Source: Chiloscyllium plagiosum (taxonomy: Eukaryota). Taken from it: DNA of 45,958 nt. The DNA is taken from assembly GCF_004010195.1 (NCBI RefSeq), contig NC_057720.1:21682344-21728301 (forward strand). Direction: 5' to 3'. Shown in pieces: positions 10,432-24,204 of the stretch. A program made the translations under genes and the position numbers. Position 1 is the first letter of the stretch. Each line of letters starts with the position of its first letter. Under the pieces are notes generated by a model, which did no database searches, was not told where the DNA came from, and was given only the letters and a program-made list of their open reading frames with translations.

Positions 10432-12200
10432 CATTGTTACACACAGCCCTGTTGACCTTGCAAAATCCCCCTGATGATTACTATCTGAAACTGTGTCCTA
10501 AAAAATGGGACAGCAGGCCCACAGTCAAGTCAAGCAATAGTCTGACATAATCATTTTCATGGAATCATCTGTTACAGGCATTGTCCCAGACACTACCAAC
10601 AGAAACCCTGTTGAAGACAGGACAGATGCACCAAATGTGGAGGCACAGTGTTATACACTCAAGAGGCAGTGATTCTGGGAGTCTTCATTGATACTAGATC
10701 CATGAAGACTTGTGCCATCAGGTCAAATATGGGCAAGAAAACCTTCTGCTGATTACCACCAACCCTCAGTTCTCCTCCATGTTTGACAGCACTAAGAAAT
10801 AGCACTTAATATAGCAATAACATAGAATCTACACTGGGTGGTAGGACTTATGTGTCCATTCCTGATGAAGGTTGATTTTCCTGCTCCTCAGATGCTGTCT
10901 GACCTGCTGTGCTTTTCCAGCAATACACTCTCAACCTTTATGTGTTCATCACCAAGAGTAGTTGGAAGCCCCAGTACTGATCAAGCTGGCTGAGTCCTAA
11001 AGGACATATCTTTTTCCATATTGGGCTTGTAATGGTATGGAAACCAACAATAAGGTAAAATGTACTTCATCTTGTTCTCACTAATCTACCTGTTGCAGAT
11101 ATGTCTGTACATGACAGTGTCAGTAGAATATCATCCATTGTGTTGTATGGCAATACGAACTTGCTAAATGGAGCACACTTCAAACAGTTCTAGCAACTTT
11201 AGACTGGACATCCATCAGGTGCTGTAAGCCATCAGCAACAGAATTGGATTCAATCATAATCTGTAATCTCATAGCACATCATATTTCCCACTCTATTTTA
11301 CCATCAAACCAGAGGAATAATCTGGTTCAATGAAGTGTACAGGATGGCATACCAAGAGCAACACTAGGCATACTAAAAATTAGGTGTAGATGCAACCCAG
11401 AACTACTGGTATGTCAAACAGCAAGAACCGCAACTAAGCTAAGTAATCCCACACCTAATGGATCAGAACCAAACTTTGCTGAGGTTTTAAGTGAATATTT
11501 TGCATGTATGTATAGAAATCAGGAAGGGGTTATTAATATAATTGAACAAACGGTCATTAAGAGGGAGGAAGTATTAGCAATTTTAGCAGGATTGAAAGTA
11601 GATAAATCTCCCAAGTCCAGATGAGATGCATCCCAGGCTGATGTGGGAGGAAATGGAGGAGATTAAAGGGGTTCTCACATTAATTTTCAAGTCCTCTCTG
11701 ACCACAGAAAGGGTGCTTGACGACTGGAGGGCAGCTAATGTAGTGACAGCTAATCAAGAAGGGTGGTTGGGATAGACCAAGGAGCTCCAGGCCAATGAGT
11801 GGGGAAACTTAGAAAAAGATTTGAGGGACAGGATTAATCTCCATTTAGAGAGGCAATGATTTATCAAGAATAGGATTAGAGGGAGATCATTTCTAACAAA
11901 TTTGTTTGAATTTTTCAAGAAAATGACTAGGTCTGTAGATGAGGGTAGTGCAGTTGAATAGACTTTAGTAAGGCTTTTGATAAGGTCTTGCCTGGTAGAC
12001 TGGTTAAGAGCCTACGAAATCATGGGCAATTGGCAAATTGGACTCAGAACTGGCTTAATGGAAGGAAACAGAGGATGATGGTTGAAGAGTGTTTTTGTGA
12101 CTGGAAATGGTGCACCAAATGACTCAGTACTGGGTCCCTTGATATTTATTGTATGTATTAATGATCTAGATACAAATGTCAGAGGCAGATTCAGTAAGTT

Positions 12201-12530
12201 AATAGAATCCCCACAGTGCAGAAAGAGGCCATTTGGCTCAACAAGTCTGCACCAACCCTCCAAAGAGCATCCTACCCAGACCCAACCCTCCACCCTATCC
12301 CCATAACCCCACATTTACCACGGCTAACCCACCTACTGACACCTCCCTGGGCACTATGGAGCAACTCAGTATGGCCAATCCACCCGAATCTGCACATCTT
12401 TGGACTGTGGGAGGAAACCACAGCGCCCACCGAAAACCCACACAGACACAGGGATAATCATCGAAGGCTGAAATCGAACCTGGGTCCCTGGCACTGTGAG
12501 GTAGCAGCACTAACCACTGAGCCACCATGT
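12201..12530 (-). mobile_element. HE1-type SINE, older copy
   Basis: tRNA-like head TGGCTCAGTGG plus conserved core TTCCTCCCACAGTCCAAAGATGTGCAG on the minus strand. Confidence 0.85.
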
Positions 12531-12823
12531 TATCCTCTTAGTTCACAGGTGACAGGAACATTGGTGGAGTGGTAAATAGTGAAGAGGAAAGCCTTACATT
12601 ACAGGATTATACAGAAGGGCTGGTCAAATAGGTTGAGCAGTGGCAAATAGAATTTAATCTTGCAAAGTGTGAGGTAATAAATTTTGGGAGAACTAACAAG
12701 ATAAGGGAATGGTAGGACCTTTGGAAATTGAGAGGATCAGAGGGACCTTGGTGTGTACGACCATAGATCCTTGAAAGCAGCAGGATGAGTAGATAAGAGT
12801 AGATGGTTAAGCAGACATATGGG

Positions 12824-13066
12824 TTAGATTAGATTAGATTAGATTACATTACAGTGTGGAAACAGGCCTTTCAGCCCAACAAGTCCACACCGACCAGCCG
12901 AAGCACAACCCACACATACCCCTACGTTTACCCCTTACCTAACACTACGGGCAATTTAGCATGGCCAATTCACCTGACTTGCACATCTTTGGACTGTGGG
13001 AGGAAACCGGAGCACCCGGAGGAAACCTATGCAGACACGGGGAGAACGTGCAAACTCCACACAGTT
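12824..13066 (-). mobile_element. HE1-type SINE, 5'-truncated
   Basis: (TTAGA)n tail; near-identical to 30883-31115. Confidence 0.9.
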
Positions 13067-13109
13067 ACTTGCCTTTATTAGTCAAGGCATTGAATACAAG
13101 AGCGCAAAG

Positions 13110-13340
13110 ATGATAACTTCAAACTGACAGATGTTGCTGATGTCACCTGCTCAAGCCAGGAAGCATCCCATAGGAAGAAATTCATGGTCACGGTCACCTT
13201 CACAGACACTGGCCATGCCAGTCTTACACTGTTTGGAGATTCCAGGTCTGTCTGGAAGTAATGATCGACTTCGGAGAGCACATGCTTCATAAAAAGGAGA
13301 GTAAATGCGATTCTGTGACAGTTGAGGTTGGAGAACTGTT
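13110..13340 (-). pseudogene. PIF/Harbinger (HARBI1-like) transposase fragment
   Basis: FMKHVLSEVDHYFQTDLESPNSVRLAWPVSVKVTVTMNFF, frameshift, GCFLA*AGDISNICQFEV resembles the Harbinger transposase HTH region (LPVAVKVTVALNF.A.GSFQ..AGD...ISQ..V). Confidence 0.7.
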
Positions 13341-16300
13341 TCTGCTGTCTGCTCTTTCCCAGTCTCTTTGTCTTTGTCATCTTTTGTGTTGCTCCTTTTC
13401 AATCTTCCTCACATCATGAAGACCAGGCAGGACTGTAAATTCACCACTCATGGCCAACGGATGCTCTACTTTTTAATCACCATTAGATGTATTTAAATTG
13501 TGACACCTTTACCTTTTTTTACTTGACTGCACACAAGAAGTCACTTGAAGAGGCTGACAATATGTAGGGTAAAGAGACTAAGGGGGTAATGAATTTCGGT
13601 AAAGCCTTAAGAGCTCATTTGAAGAGCATATGCTGTATTGGACTACATATTGAGGCTTTAGAAAGGATTCAGGAGAGATTGTCAAGGACCTGTCTAGCTC
13701 AAAAAAAGACTTAGATCTTTTTATTCCATTAGAGCAACGCATTATACACTGACTAGGAGCAGAATTTTACAGTAGTTGAGGGGTTTAAAAGAGCAGCGTT
13801 AGAAACAAGAATAAAGTAAGAGATTTTAGAAGGGAGCTTAACCATTTTGCTAATAATTATTGAAACAGTTAACTATGTTAACCTTTTAATAATGCTGAAA
13901 GTAATTTCTCTACCATATCATTTTTTTGAACTTCCATTGAATTGAAAGCTGCTTCAACAAATTGGAACTGTGATATTTAAGATTCAAAGTTACTGCTCTT
14001 CCCCAAACCCTCAAACAATCTTCAAGCTTTCTGTTGGCTACAAGATCTCTATTTCTAGGTTATCATGATTCCCAACTCTCACTGACACTCTCGGTTCCAG
14101 TCTGCAGCTTACTATCCAGACATGACCATGGCTTGCAAATCAAAGTCTCAACCCTCAGGTCGCCACTTTCTGAATTCCAGGGACTGAACCCGACATCTTG
14201 GACTGTCGCCTCCTGTTGCTGACTTACCGTGCTCCTACCAATTTGATTGGCTGTAGGATGGGAAATGGAATTAAGCAATGATAGAGGCCCTGCTGTCAAT
14301 TGCAACAGGGCCACTTTGTTTTTGGGTGCTTTGAACTCACATGCCCCTCCTTAATGATTAAATATGCATATTTCCAAGCAAGTCAAAATGACAATTAGTT
14401 GTAACTCTGTAAAGTTTTAATTGTCTTTCTTCCTTTCTCTGAAAATTTGCAAAGCGGGCTCATTTCTGTCACTAAATGTTGCTAGTATGCAACACAGTCC
14501 TAAATACAGCACTGCAAACTGATATTTAGGACAAGGGTGCACACAATGATCCACCATGTTTCAAATTTGACTGTACTGCCAGTAACCTGATACATTGTCT
14601 GAAGCTCCAATTCAAAATAAATACACATCACATGGACCAAATTACTTAACAGCGTTTGCTTGTACACCTAGCCAACTGACTCAAACGCTGATTTTGCTCA
14701 CAGATGTTTCACTGCCACAACTCTGCCCTAGTTAAAAATGTTTTGAAAGTGGATAAAATTTGTCATGTATGTGACTGATGAGTTCAATTATCAGTTAGTG
14801 CCAGGACTTGGGTTTGCAATCATGTAAGTGTGACATTAAAAATCTTATCCGCCAGACCACCCTGTGTCAAACCCTTTAAATCAGATAGCATTTTATCTAA
14901 GCTGCTCACAAAAGCACAATGTGAAGCTTTCAAGATCCCAAAACACATTCTTCACACCATTCAGGCAAAAGTATAGTAATTGGCTGTCCTCAGTGTCTGA
15001 AAATTATTTACACACAGTACTGAAACTCCCTTATCATTCCTTTAATTATTAATGGCATAATTTGATTCATTGCTGCCTCCTAAACAAGTCCAAACTGTGA
15101 TGTGCTCATTTTAAATCACATCTACGCTTATGCTAACTATTCGGAGACAGATTTCACATGGACGGGGAACAAAAGGCCAATCTGTCCTCCTCCAGATGCA
15201 ATGAGTGTTAGAGGTTATGTATATATTCCCTGAACTCACACAATATAACCATGTTTTAATTGATTTAAAAGCGACGTGCCATGCATTTTCAGCATTCTGC
15301 CCTCTTGGCAGCTTCACCAGTTCAAAGTCAACTACACACATCTTACTTTATATGTAATTTTATACCAGATCTCTTTCATTGCATCTGTAGCATAGTAACT
15401 ACTGCATTTTCTGCTCCATTTTTCTGCTGTTGGCAATTTCTGGTAATATCTGGCATGTTTCTCCTTCTTAAATGTTGAAAATGTTAAATTGTGTAAACTG
15501 AAAATAAGTCCTTTGGAGGTCCTAAGTTTGTCTTTGGGATAATCTGCAAATTCAAAATATCAGAAGAAATCAAGAAATTAAAGGCTAACTTTGATTGACT
15601 GGGGACATTTTTTCATTTGTACATTATGACTTTACACAATTTGTATAAAATAGGTGATAGCAAGTCATTCCATAAATGGAAATAAAAGTTGGGCAAGATG
15701 TAAAACAGGCTATTGTCTCACTATCAGCCATTTTATGCAATCACAAGCTATAATTTCTTTAATGGTAAACCACAGAGAGGATTGGTGTCCATGATAGAAC
15801 CTGCCCAATCTTAATTGTCATTGGAAATTATAATTGGGTGGGATCTTACAGATGACCACACCACTGGGACAGTTTACTGGCTAATTGTAAAAAATAAAGA
15901 TTAAAAGTAAAGAGGGATTGTGCAATATTGGGTATTTGGTCTATAAAATTGCTTTGACTGGAAATTTGGATATTAATTGAACTTCTGCTGATTCTAAATG
16001 CCTATCTGCAGGATGGTTTCCTCTTAGTTATTTGCAGTGAAATTGTAAACTGGAGTAAAATAGAGTGGATTATGATTCCACAAATTTACCCAGTTATGAG
16101 ACAGAAGACTCTGTTTACATTTAACCCAAGTATTCACTGTAACTAGTGTACTTCTGCAAATATAAAGGAAAAACAAGATCAAATGAAGCCCAAAAACTGT
16201 AAACACAGTTGAAAATAATTTGTTCTTAGAAATATTCTGGTGAATGTAGTTTTTAATCCATTACATATACCTGGAGAATTAAGTGACTAGTATGTATTGT

Positions 16301-16649
16301 TAATTCATTATTCATTATAACATAAATCATGCATTGCTGCATTACATGGAGGGAACATTTTCATTTGTGAAAAATCTATAATTATGAATAATGTATAGGT
16401 ATTTGTGAAATTTTGCAATCCATACTATATGCTACATTAATAGATTAACTCAAAGCCCTCAGGATATAGATGGCTGAAAAGATTTCTAATCAACTACAAG
16501 CCACATTCTGTGATCAAACCTGAGTTCATGTGCAATTTTGAATAAAATAAGAAGCAAAGTAAATTTCAGTAAGCTGAAAACTTAAAAGCAATGTTTTAAA
16601 CAAATGCAATATTTCAAACAAAATTGTCTGTAAAACCTTGTTGGGTGTA

Positions 16650-17085
16650 CATAGAACATAGCACCTAGAACAGTACAACACAGTGCCAGCCCTTCGGTTC
16701 TCAATGTTGTGCTGGCCTTCTATCCTACTCTAAGATCAAACTAACCTACATACCCTTAATTGTATGATCATCCATGTGCCTATGCAAAAGTTGCTTAAAT
16801 GTCCCTAATGTATCTGACTGTACTACCACTGCTGGCAGAGCATTCCATCCACCCACCACTCTTGGTGTAAAGAACCCACCTCTGACATCTCCCCTAAACC
16901 TTCCTCCAATCATCTTGAAATGATGCTCCCTTGTGATAGCCATAAAAAGTCTCTGGCTATCCACTCGATCTATGCCGCTCATCATTTTGTATGCCTCTAT
17001 AAAGTCACCTCTCATCCTTCTTCACTCCAATGAAAAAAGCCCTAGCTCCCTCAACCTTTCTTCCTAAAGTATGCCCTCCAGTCCG
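16650..17085 (-). mobile_element. CR1/HER1 LINE 3' end
   Basis: MRGDFIEAYKMMSGIDRVDSQRLF...FFTPRVVGGWNALP. Confidence 0.85.
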
Positions 17086-17895
17086 GGGTGTGATCCATCA
17101 TTATATTTATCCTTGATGGAAGTGTTCATGGATCATTGTTGGTTGAGTCCTTTACATCCATCTGAACCGAGGGATAGAACTTTAGTTTAATAAGAAGGCA
17201 GCTCATCATCATCTCTTCAAGGGTAAAGAAGGATAGACAATAAATGCCAGCAATGCCCACATTCCATGAGTGAACTTTTAAAAATCAGTCCAAAGGATGA
17301 AATGGAGTTACCTTCCTCTTGATTGACCAGTGTTCCATGTTCTCAACATTGAAGGATTTTCCTCTGAGTTCTCCAATTAATGAAGGTTTGTTGTGACACA
17401 CAAATGAAAAAGGAACCAATCTATTGTCATCTGCGCCTCCATGAAAATTCTTCTGGATTCCATAACGGTGAATTCTTTCCCTCAATGCTTTTTATCATCC
17501 CCTGAGAAGGGGTAGATATAATGCTAATTTAACATGAGGAAGCAATAACCAACACCTGAGAATATATATTGAAAATGCTGCTAGATGTGAAGTATTGTAT
17601 GAAGAATAAATTGCCTGCAGTATAGAAAGCATCATATTTTTTTAATGAGGGATGACTTGCTGCGTTATATTACTGAGTTAATACACTGCTTTGTTCTTTA
17701 TAACGGTGTCCTGCACTTCATCCAAACTGGAAAATGTGTTATATTGAACAAAATGTTCATGTAACACACACTTATTTGGGCTTTTATTACAGAATATGAT
17801 TTTGTTGCTTGTTTGATACCTTTATATCCAATTTTCTTGTGTTTTTTTTCTGAATACACAATAAACATTCCTAGTAACTGCATTTCTTGATGTAG

Positions 17896-18230
17896 GCAGC
17901 ATGGTGGCTCAGTGGTTTGCACTGCTGCCTCACAGAGCCAGGGAACTGGGTTTGATTTCACCCTTGGGCGACTGTCTATGCGGAGTTTGCACATTCTCTG
18001 CATGGGTATCCTCTGGGTGCTCAGTTTTCCTCCCACAGTCCAAAAATGTGCAGGTTAGATTGATTGATTGTGCTAAATTGTCCTTAGTGCCCAGATAGTA
18101 CAAATTAGGTGGAGTAACCATGGGAAATGCAGAGTTACAGGGATGTGGTGAGTCTGCTTTTCGGAGGGTCAATATGGTCTTGATGGGCCAAATGACTTGC
18201 TTCCACACTGTGGGGATTTTATGATTCTAT
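17896..18230 (+). mobile_element. HE1-type SINE, full length, diverged
   Basis: GGCAGCATGGTGGCTCAGTGG head, conserved core, GATTCTATG tail. Confidence 0.85.
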
Positions 18231-19339
18231 GTTAATTTTTTTTTAACAAACCAGTGCAAAAGACAGCATGATTGTTTAATGTATAGACATGCAAGAAATA
18301 CTGTACTTTTTAAAACAAATTTAAATGACATTTACACTTTTTAGACAATAAAGTAAACCAATAAGAAGATATGGTTGCCAGTGAAATAAAACTCAAATAA
18401 ATCAGTTATCAAGGAAGAAACTGAAAGGTATAACTTACAATCATTTAAACATTGCTAAAAAAACGATGAGACCATCTTAACTAGTCTTCCTCACTATGTA
18501 GTTCATGTTATGAGTGTTAAAAATACTGCCTCATTGACATCAGAAGTTTGCATAATCTGAATTGTCTTAATCAATGACATTTTAATTGTGAGTTTGCAGT
18601 AAATGGAACAGCTGCAGGAATGTAGCCAGTTGATGTCCAGACAAAGATTTTTTTGTATTAAGAACACTAAGCTGTCAGAAATTTTTACAGACTCAACATG
18701 GCTTAGATAAATAATTTATCAATGCTCCTATTCATTTGGATTGCTATTTTCAGGAGAGCAGGAAGAATTGGAAAAATGATCTACAACTTCATAAATACTG
18801 GACATTTAATCAAGCAATTCTTATGCAAGGAAAATCTGTTTGACAGGGAAGTTATTATGCTTACTGCAACATTGACATGGATGAAGTACATTTGGTTTAG
18901 TGAAATAAAACATTTTGCTTATATTGCTGTTCCAAACAATTGATCACAATACATTACATAATATAGTGTTTCATATGCTCATGCCTGGGTTAATACTTAA
19001 CTATTTGTCTTCAGTGGCAGAAAACAACTAATTCATAAATAAAATTAATATATATGCAACGAGGAAAGTTTGAAGTACAGAAGGAGATTATTTGACCCAA
19101 TGAATCCACCTCTACCCTCCAAAGAGTAATTTAGTCAATCTCATTCTCCTGCTGTATGGATGGCTCTCCAGTTTTTTTTCACGTGCCCAACCAATTTTCT
19201 CTTGAAATGATTGATCATTTCCACTTCCAGCACTCTCTTAAGCAGCATATTTCAAGTTATCACCACTTGCTTATTTTCACATCCCCCTTATATCTCTTGC
19301 CCCAAAACTTAAATCTGTGTCCCATAGTCCTGGTGCCAT

Positions 19340-20560
19340 CAGTTAATGGGAACAGCTTTTAGAGTCATATTGTCATACATTGCTTTCGCTACAAACTTCA
19401 GACAGAAGTGTCAAGTGGATAAACCATCTTCACCTCCTCTACTGGTCCCAGGCATTTCAGATACCAGTCTTGCCCTTGATATCAAAGAGCTCCAGCAACA
19501 CTGGAATCAATGGGTCTCGGGAGGCAAACTCTCCACTGATTGAAGTCATACTGCCACATAGGAAGATGGTCCTGGTTGTTGGAGGTCAGCCATCCCAACT
19601 CCAGGACATCTCTGTAGGAATTCCTCAGGGTAGCATCCTAGGCCCAACATCTTCAGCTGCTTCATCATTGCCCTTCCCTCCATCATTAGGTCAGGAGTAG
19701 AATGTTCACTGATGATTGCACAATGTTCAGCACCATTCATGCCTCCTCAGGTACTGCAGCAAGATCAGACAATACCCAGACTTGGGCTGACAAGTGGCCA
19801 GTAACATTCGCACCACACAAATGCCAGGCAATGACTATCACCAATAAGAGACCATCTAATCATCATCCCTTGACCATCAATGGTATGATCATCACTGCAT
19901 CCCCCACTATTAAAATCCCAGGGTTTATCATTGACCTGAAACTCAACTGGACTCATCACATAAACACACTGGCTACAAAAACAAGTCAGAGGCTATGAAT
20001 GCTGTGGCGAATAACTCAACTCCTGACTCACCAAAGCATGTCCATCATCTACAAGGCACAAGTCAGGAGTGTGATGGAAACCTCCCCGATTGCCTGGATA
20101 AGTGCAGCTCCAACAACACTCAAGAAGCCTGACATCATTCAGGACAAAGCAGCCTGCTGGATTGGTTTTGCATTATCAAATATCCCCTCTGATGCTCAGT
20201 AGCAGCAGTTTGCACTACCTACAAGATGCACTGCAGCAATTCACCAAAGATCCTGAGACAGCACCTTTCAAACCCAAGACTACTTCCATCTAGGAGGACA
20301 TGGGCAGCTGATGCATGGGAAGAGCACGTCCTTCAAATTCCTCTCCAAGCCACTCATCATCCTGACTTGAAAATATATTACGTTTCCTTCACTGTCACTG
20401 GGTCAATATCCTGGAATTCCCTCCCCAGTAGCATTCTGGGTCAACCCACAGTAAGTGGACTGCAGTAGTTCAAGAAGACAGTTCACCACCATCTTGTCAA
20501 GGGCAATTAGGGACTAGCAAATGCTAGCCAGTCAGTGATATGCACATCCCAGAGATAAAT
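19340..20560 (+). mobile_element. CR1-group LINE family 2, RT C-terminus and 3' UTR
   Basis: GIPQGSILGP, MFTDDCTMF, WADKWPVTFAPHKCQ, IYKAQVRSVME; contains stops and frameshifts. Confidence 0.88.
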
Positions 20561-20564
20561 TTTA

Positions 20565-21850
20565 AAAAGCACAGAAACAGATCCTTTGGCCCACTTCATC
20601 CACACAGACCAGACATCCCAATCTAATGTACTCCCATTTGCCAGCATTTGGCCCATATCCCTCTAAACTCTTCCTTTTCATGTACCCATCCAGACGCCTT
20701 TTAAATGCTTTAATTTATCAGCCTCCAACACTTCCTCTCGCAGCTCATTCCATACGCGCACCATTCTCTGTGTGAAAAAGTTACCCTTCGGGTCCTTTTT
20801 AAATCTTTTCTCTTTCATCTTAAACATGTGCCCTTTAGGTTTGGAAACCTCCACTCGAGGAAAACAACCTTGGCTATTCACCCTATCCATGCCCCTCATG
20901 ATTTTATAAACCTCTATAAGGTAACCCTTCAGCCTCCGATGCTCCAGGGAAAATAGTCACAGCCTATTCAGCCTCTCCCTATAACCCAAACCCTCAAATC
21001 GCAGCAACATCTTTGTAAATCTTTTCTATACTCTCTCAAGTTTAACAATATTCTTCTTTTAGAAGGGTGACCAGAATTGTGCGCAGTATTCTGAGAATGG
21101 CCTCATCGACGTACACCCACAACATGATGTTCAACTCATATACTCAATGCACTGACCAATGAAGGCAAGTGTGCCATATGCCTTCTTCATCACCCTGTCT
21201 ACCTGCAATCCACTTTCAAGGAACTATGCAGATGCTCCCATAGGTTGCTTTGTCCAGCAACCCTCCCCAGGGCCCTACAATTAACTGTATAAAGTCCTGC
21301 CCTAGTTTGCTTAACCTTTTCCTTGTCTACCTTTCATAAACCTGACATAATTTTGCACACATTTATGAAATCTCCCCTTAATCTCTTTTTCTCCCTTCCA
21401 GGAACCTGGTAAATCTCCTCTGTTCCCTTTTAAGTATCCTTTACGTCTTCTTAAAGTGTGATATTGAGGACTCTCACCTAATCCTAGCTCACATAGCCTA
21501 AGCATAACTTTCCGACTGATGTAATCAATGTCTCTGCTTATGAAGCTCAAAATCCCACGTTTTATTAACTGCACTGTTAAAATGCCCAGTCACTCTTAAA
21601 TATATCTGAACATACGTCTCTGTGTCCTTTTGTCTCTGCATACCCTTTAGAACTGTGCCATGAAGTCTATTTTGCTTCTCTGTATCCCTTCTATCAAAAT
21701 GCATTACTTCACACTTCTGTGGAGTTAACTGCATTGGCCACTTGTCTACCCATTCGTCCCATGGCAGTCAATTGGTAACATCTTCACTCTTTGTCACACT
21801 TGACACCTCCAAATTTGATATCATTGACCAATTTTGAAATCTGTGTAGTA
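20565..21850 (-). mobile_element. Two CR1/HER1 LINE 3' fragments
   Basis: MRGMDRVNSQG..FFTQRMVRVWNEL; KCEVMHF motif. Confidence 0.85.
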
Positions 21851-21894
21851 AGGATTAATGTTAAGCTTACCCATCATACAGTGAATCTTGAAGT

Positions 21895-22385
21895 ATATGA
21901 AAAGGTTCAGAAAAGATTTACAAGAATGTTGCCAGGGTTGGAGGATTTGAGCTATTGGGAGAAGTTGAATAGGCTGGGGCTGTATTCCTGGAGCGTCAGA
22001 GGCTGAGGGGTGACATTATAGATGTTTACAAAATCATGAGGGGCATGGATAGGATAAATAGACAAGGTCTTTTCTCTGGGGTGGGGGAGTCCAGAGCTGG
22101 CAGGCATAGGTTTAGGGTGAGAGGGGAAAAATTTAAAAGGGACCTAAGAGGCAATTTTTTCAAGCAAAGGGTGGTGCTTGTGCGGAAGGAGCTGCCAAAG
22201 GAAGTGGTGGAGGTTAGTACAATTACAACATTTAAAAAGCATCTGGATGGGTGTATGAATAGGAAGGGTTTAGAGTGATACGGACCAAGTGCTGGCTAAT
22301 GGGACTAGATCAGGTAGGCATGTACAAGTTGGACAGAAGGATCTGTTTCCATGCTGTACATTTCTATAATTCTATCACTCTATAT
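21895..22385 (+). mobile_element. CR1/HER1 LINE 3' end
   Basis: EKVQKRFTRMLPGLEDLSY...RGNFFKQRVV plus tail TGTTTCCATGCTGTACATTTCTAT. Confidence 0.9.
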
Positions 22386-22510
22386 AGGGGATGGCTTTAT
22401 GAGACAAAATGTTGAGGAACCAACTAGAGAAAAGGCCATTCTTGATTGGGTATTGTATAATGAGGAAGAAATAACTGACAATCTATTTGTGCATGGGTCC
22501 TTTCGGAAAG

Positions 22511-24203
22511 AGTCGAGAGTGTGGTGCTGTAAAAAGCACGGCAGGTCAGGCAGCATCCAAGGAGCAGGAAACTCAATGTTTTGAACATAAGCCCTCCATC
22601 AGGAATGAGGCTTGTGGGCTGGGGGTGCTGAGAGATAAATGGGAGGGGTGTGGGTTTGGGGGGAATGTAGCTGAGAATGCGCTAGGTAGACGAAAGTGAG
22701 GGAGAAGTGATAGGTCGGAGAGGAGGGGAGAGTGGATAGATGGAAAAGGTGATGGACAGGTCAGGATATCAGTACCAAGTTGGAGGCTTGGAACTGGGAT
22801 ATTGTGAGGGGAGGGAAAATTAGGAAACTGGTGAAATCCACATTAATCCCGTGTGGTTGCAGGATCCCAAGGTGGAATGTGAGGCATTCTTCCTCCAGGT
22901 GTCGCGTATTAAGGGTTTGGTGATCGAAGAGGCCCACAACCTGCAGTGCTTGACAAAGTGGGAGGGGGAGTTGAAGTGTTCAGTCACAAGGCGGTGGGGT
23001 TGGTTAGTGCAGGTTTCCCAGAGATGTTCTCTGAAATGATCTACATGTAGATGTCCTGCCTCCCCAAAGCTACCTAGATCACAACTCCTCCCACCCTACC
23101 TCCTGCAAAAACATCATTGCTTATTACCAATTCCTCCATTTCCACCACATCTGTTCCCAGGATGACCAATTCCACCTTAAAAAATCTCAGATGGCCTCCT
23201 TCTTCCAAGATCGCAATTTCCCATCCCAGGCCCTCCAGCGAATTGTTTCCACTTCCCGCACCTCTGCCCTTGAACCCCACCCTTCCCAACGCAACAAGGA
23301 CAGACATCCCCTGGTGCTCACCTTCCAACCTACCAACCTCTGCATACATCGCATCATCCTCCACCATTCCTGCCACCTACAAACTATACCCACCACCAGG
23401 TATATTTTCCCTCCCCACCCCTATCAGCATTCTAGAGAGATCATTCCCTCCGTGACTCCCTCGTCAGATCCATGCCCTCCCACCAGGTCAAACCCCACTC
23501 CCGGCACCTTCCCCTGCCACCGCATGAAGTGCAAAACCTGCGCTCACACCACTCCCCTCACCTTTGTCCAAGGCCCCAAAGGATCCTTCCACATCAGACA
23601 GGAATTTACCTGTATTTCCACCCATGTCATCCACTGTATCCGTTGCACCCGATGAGGTCTTCTCTACATTGGGAAGACACGACACCAACTTGCGGATTGT
23701 TTCAGAGAACATCTCTGGGACACCCGCACCAACCAACCCCACAGCCCCGTGGCTGAACACTTCAACTCCCACTTCATCAATGACATGCAGGTCCTGGGCC
23801 CTCTCCAGCACCAAACCCATATCACCCGATGCTTGGTTGAAGAACGCCTCATATTTCGCCTTGGGACCTGTAACCACACGGGATCAATGCTCATTTCAAC
23901 AGTTTCTTCATTTCCCCTCCCAGTCCCTAGTCTCCAACTCGGCACCGCCCTCCTGACCTGTCCATCACCTTTTCCATCTGTCCGCTCCACGTTCCTCTCT
24001 GACCTATCACCTTCTCTGCCCCTTCCCATTTATCTCTCAGCACCCCCCCCCCCCCCCCCTCAGCCTACAAGCCTCATTCCTGATGAAGGGCTTATGCCAG
24101 AAATGTCAATTCTCCTGCTTCTCGAATGCTACCTGACCTGATGTGCTTTTCCAGCACCATACTCTCCACTCTGCTCTCCAGCATCTTCAGTTCTCACTTT
24201 CTC
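22511..24203 (+). mobile_element. Penelope-like element (Neptune-type, family A), 5'-truncated with an inverted terminal repeat; GIY-YIG endonuclease relic
   Basis: FPCHRMKCKTCAH...FTCISTHVIHCIRCTR*GLLYIGKTRHQLADCFREHL; 22511-23068 is an inverted copy of the 3' part; TSD-like CCTTT(C/G)GGAA(A)GAGT at 22499 and 24205; hammerhead motif at 24076-24110. Confidence 0.9.
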
Positions 24204-24204
24204 C

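Larger units (their letters stand above)
8828..11480 (+). mobile_element. tRNA-like head followed by degenerate family-2 LINE endonuclease region, interrupted by PLE insertions
   Basis: A-box-like GGGTATAGTGG at 8835-8845, B-box GGTTCAAATC at 9355-9364; VKQ*SDIIIFMES (AP endonuclease motif) at 10529-10567. Confidence 0.6.
11490..13105 (+). mobile_element. Degenerate CR1 LINE ORF2 (RT region) interrupted by two SINEs
   Basis: GAPNDSVLGPLIFIVCINDLD resembles the CR1 GVPQGSVLGPLLF.IYINDL motif; DFSKAFDKV-like at about 11961-11990. Confidence 0.8.

Noticed and set aside
9648..10550. Long overlapping ORFs of 111-215 aa
   Set aside because: They lie in low-complexity PLE inverted repeats and show no protein motifs.
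16024..16175. Strong minus-strand splice acceptor followed by a short open frame
   Set aside because: No recognisable peptide and no convincing donor.
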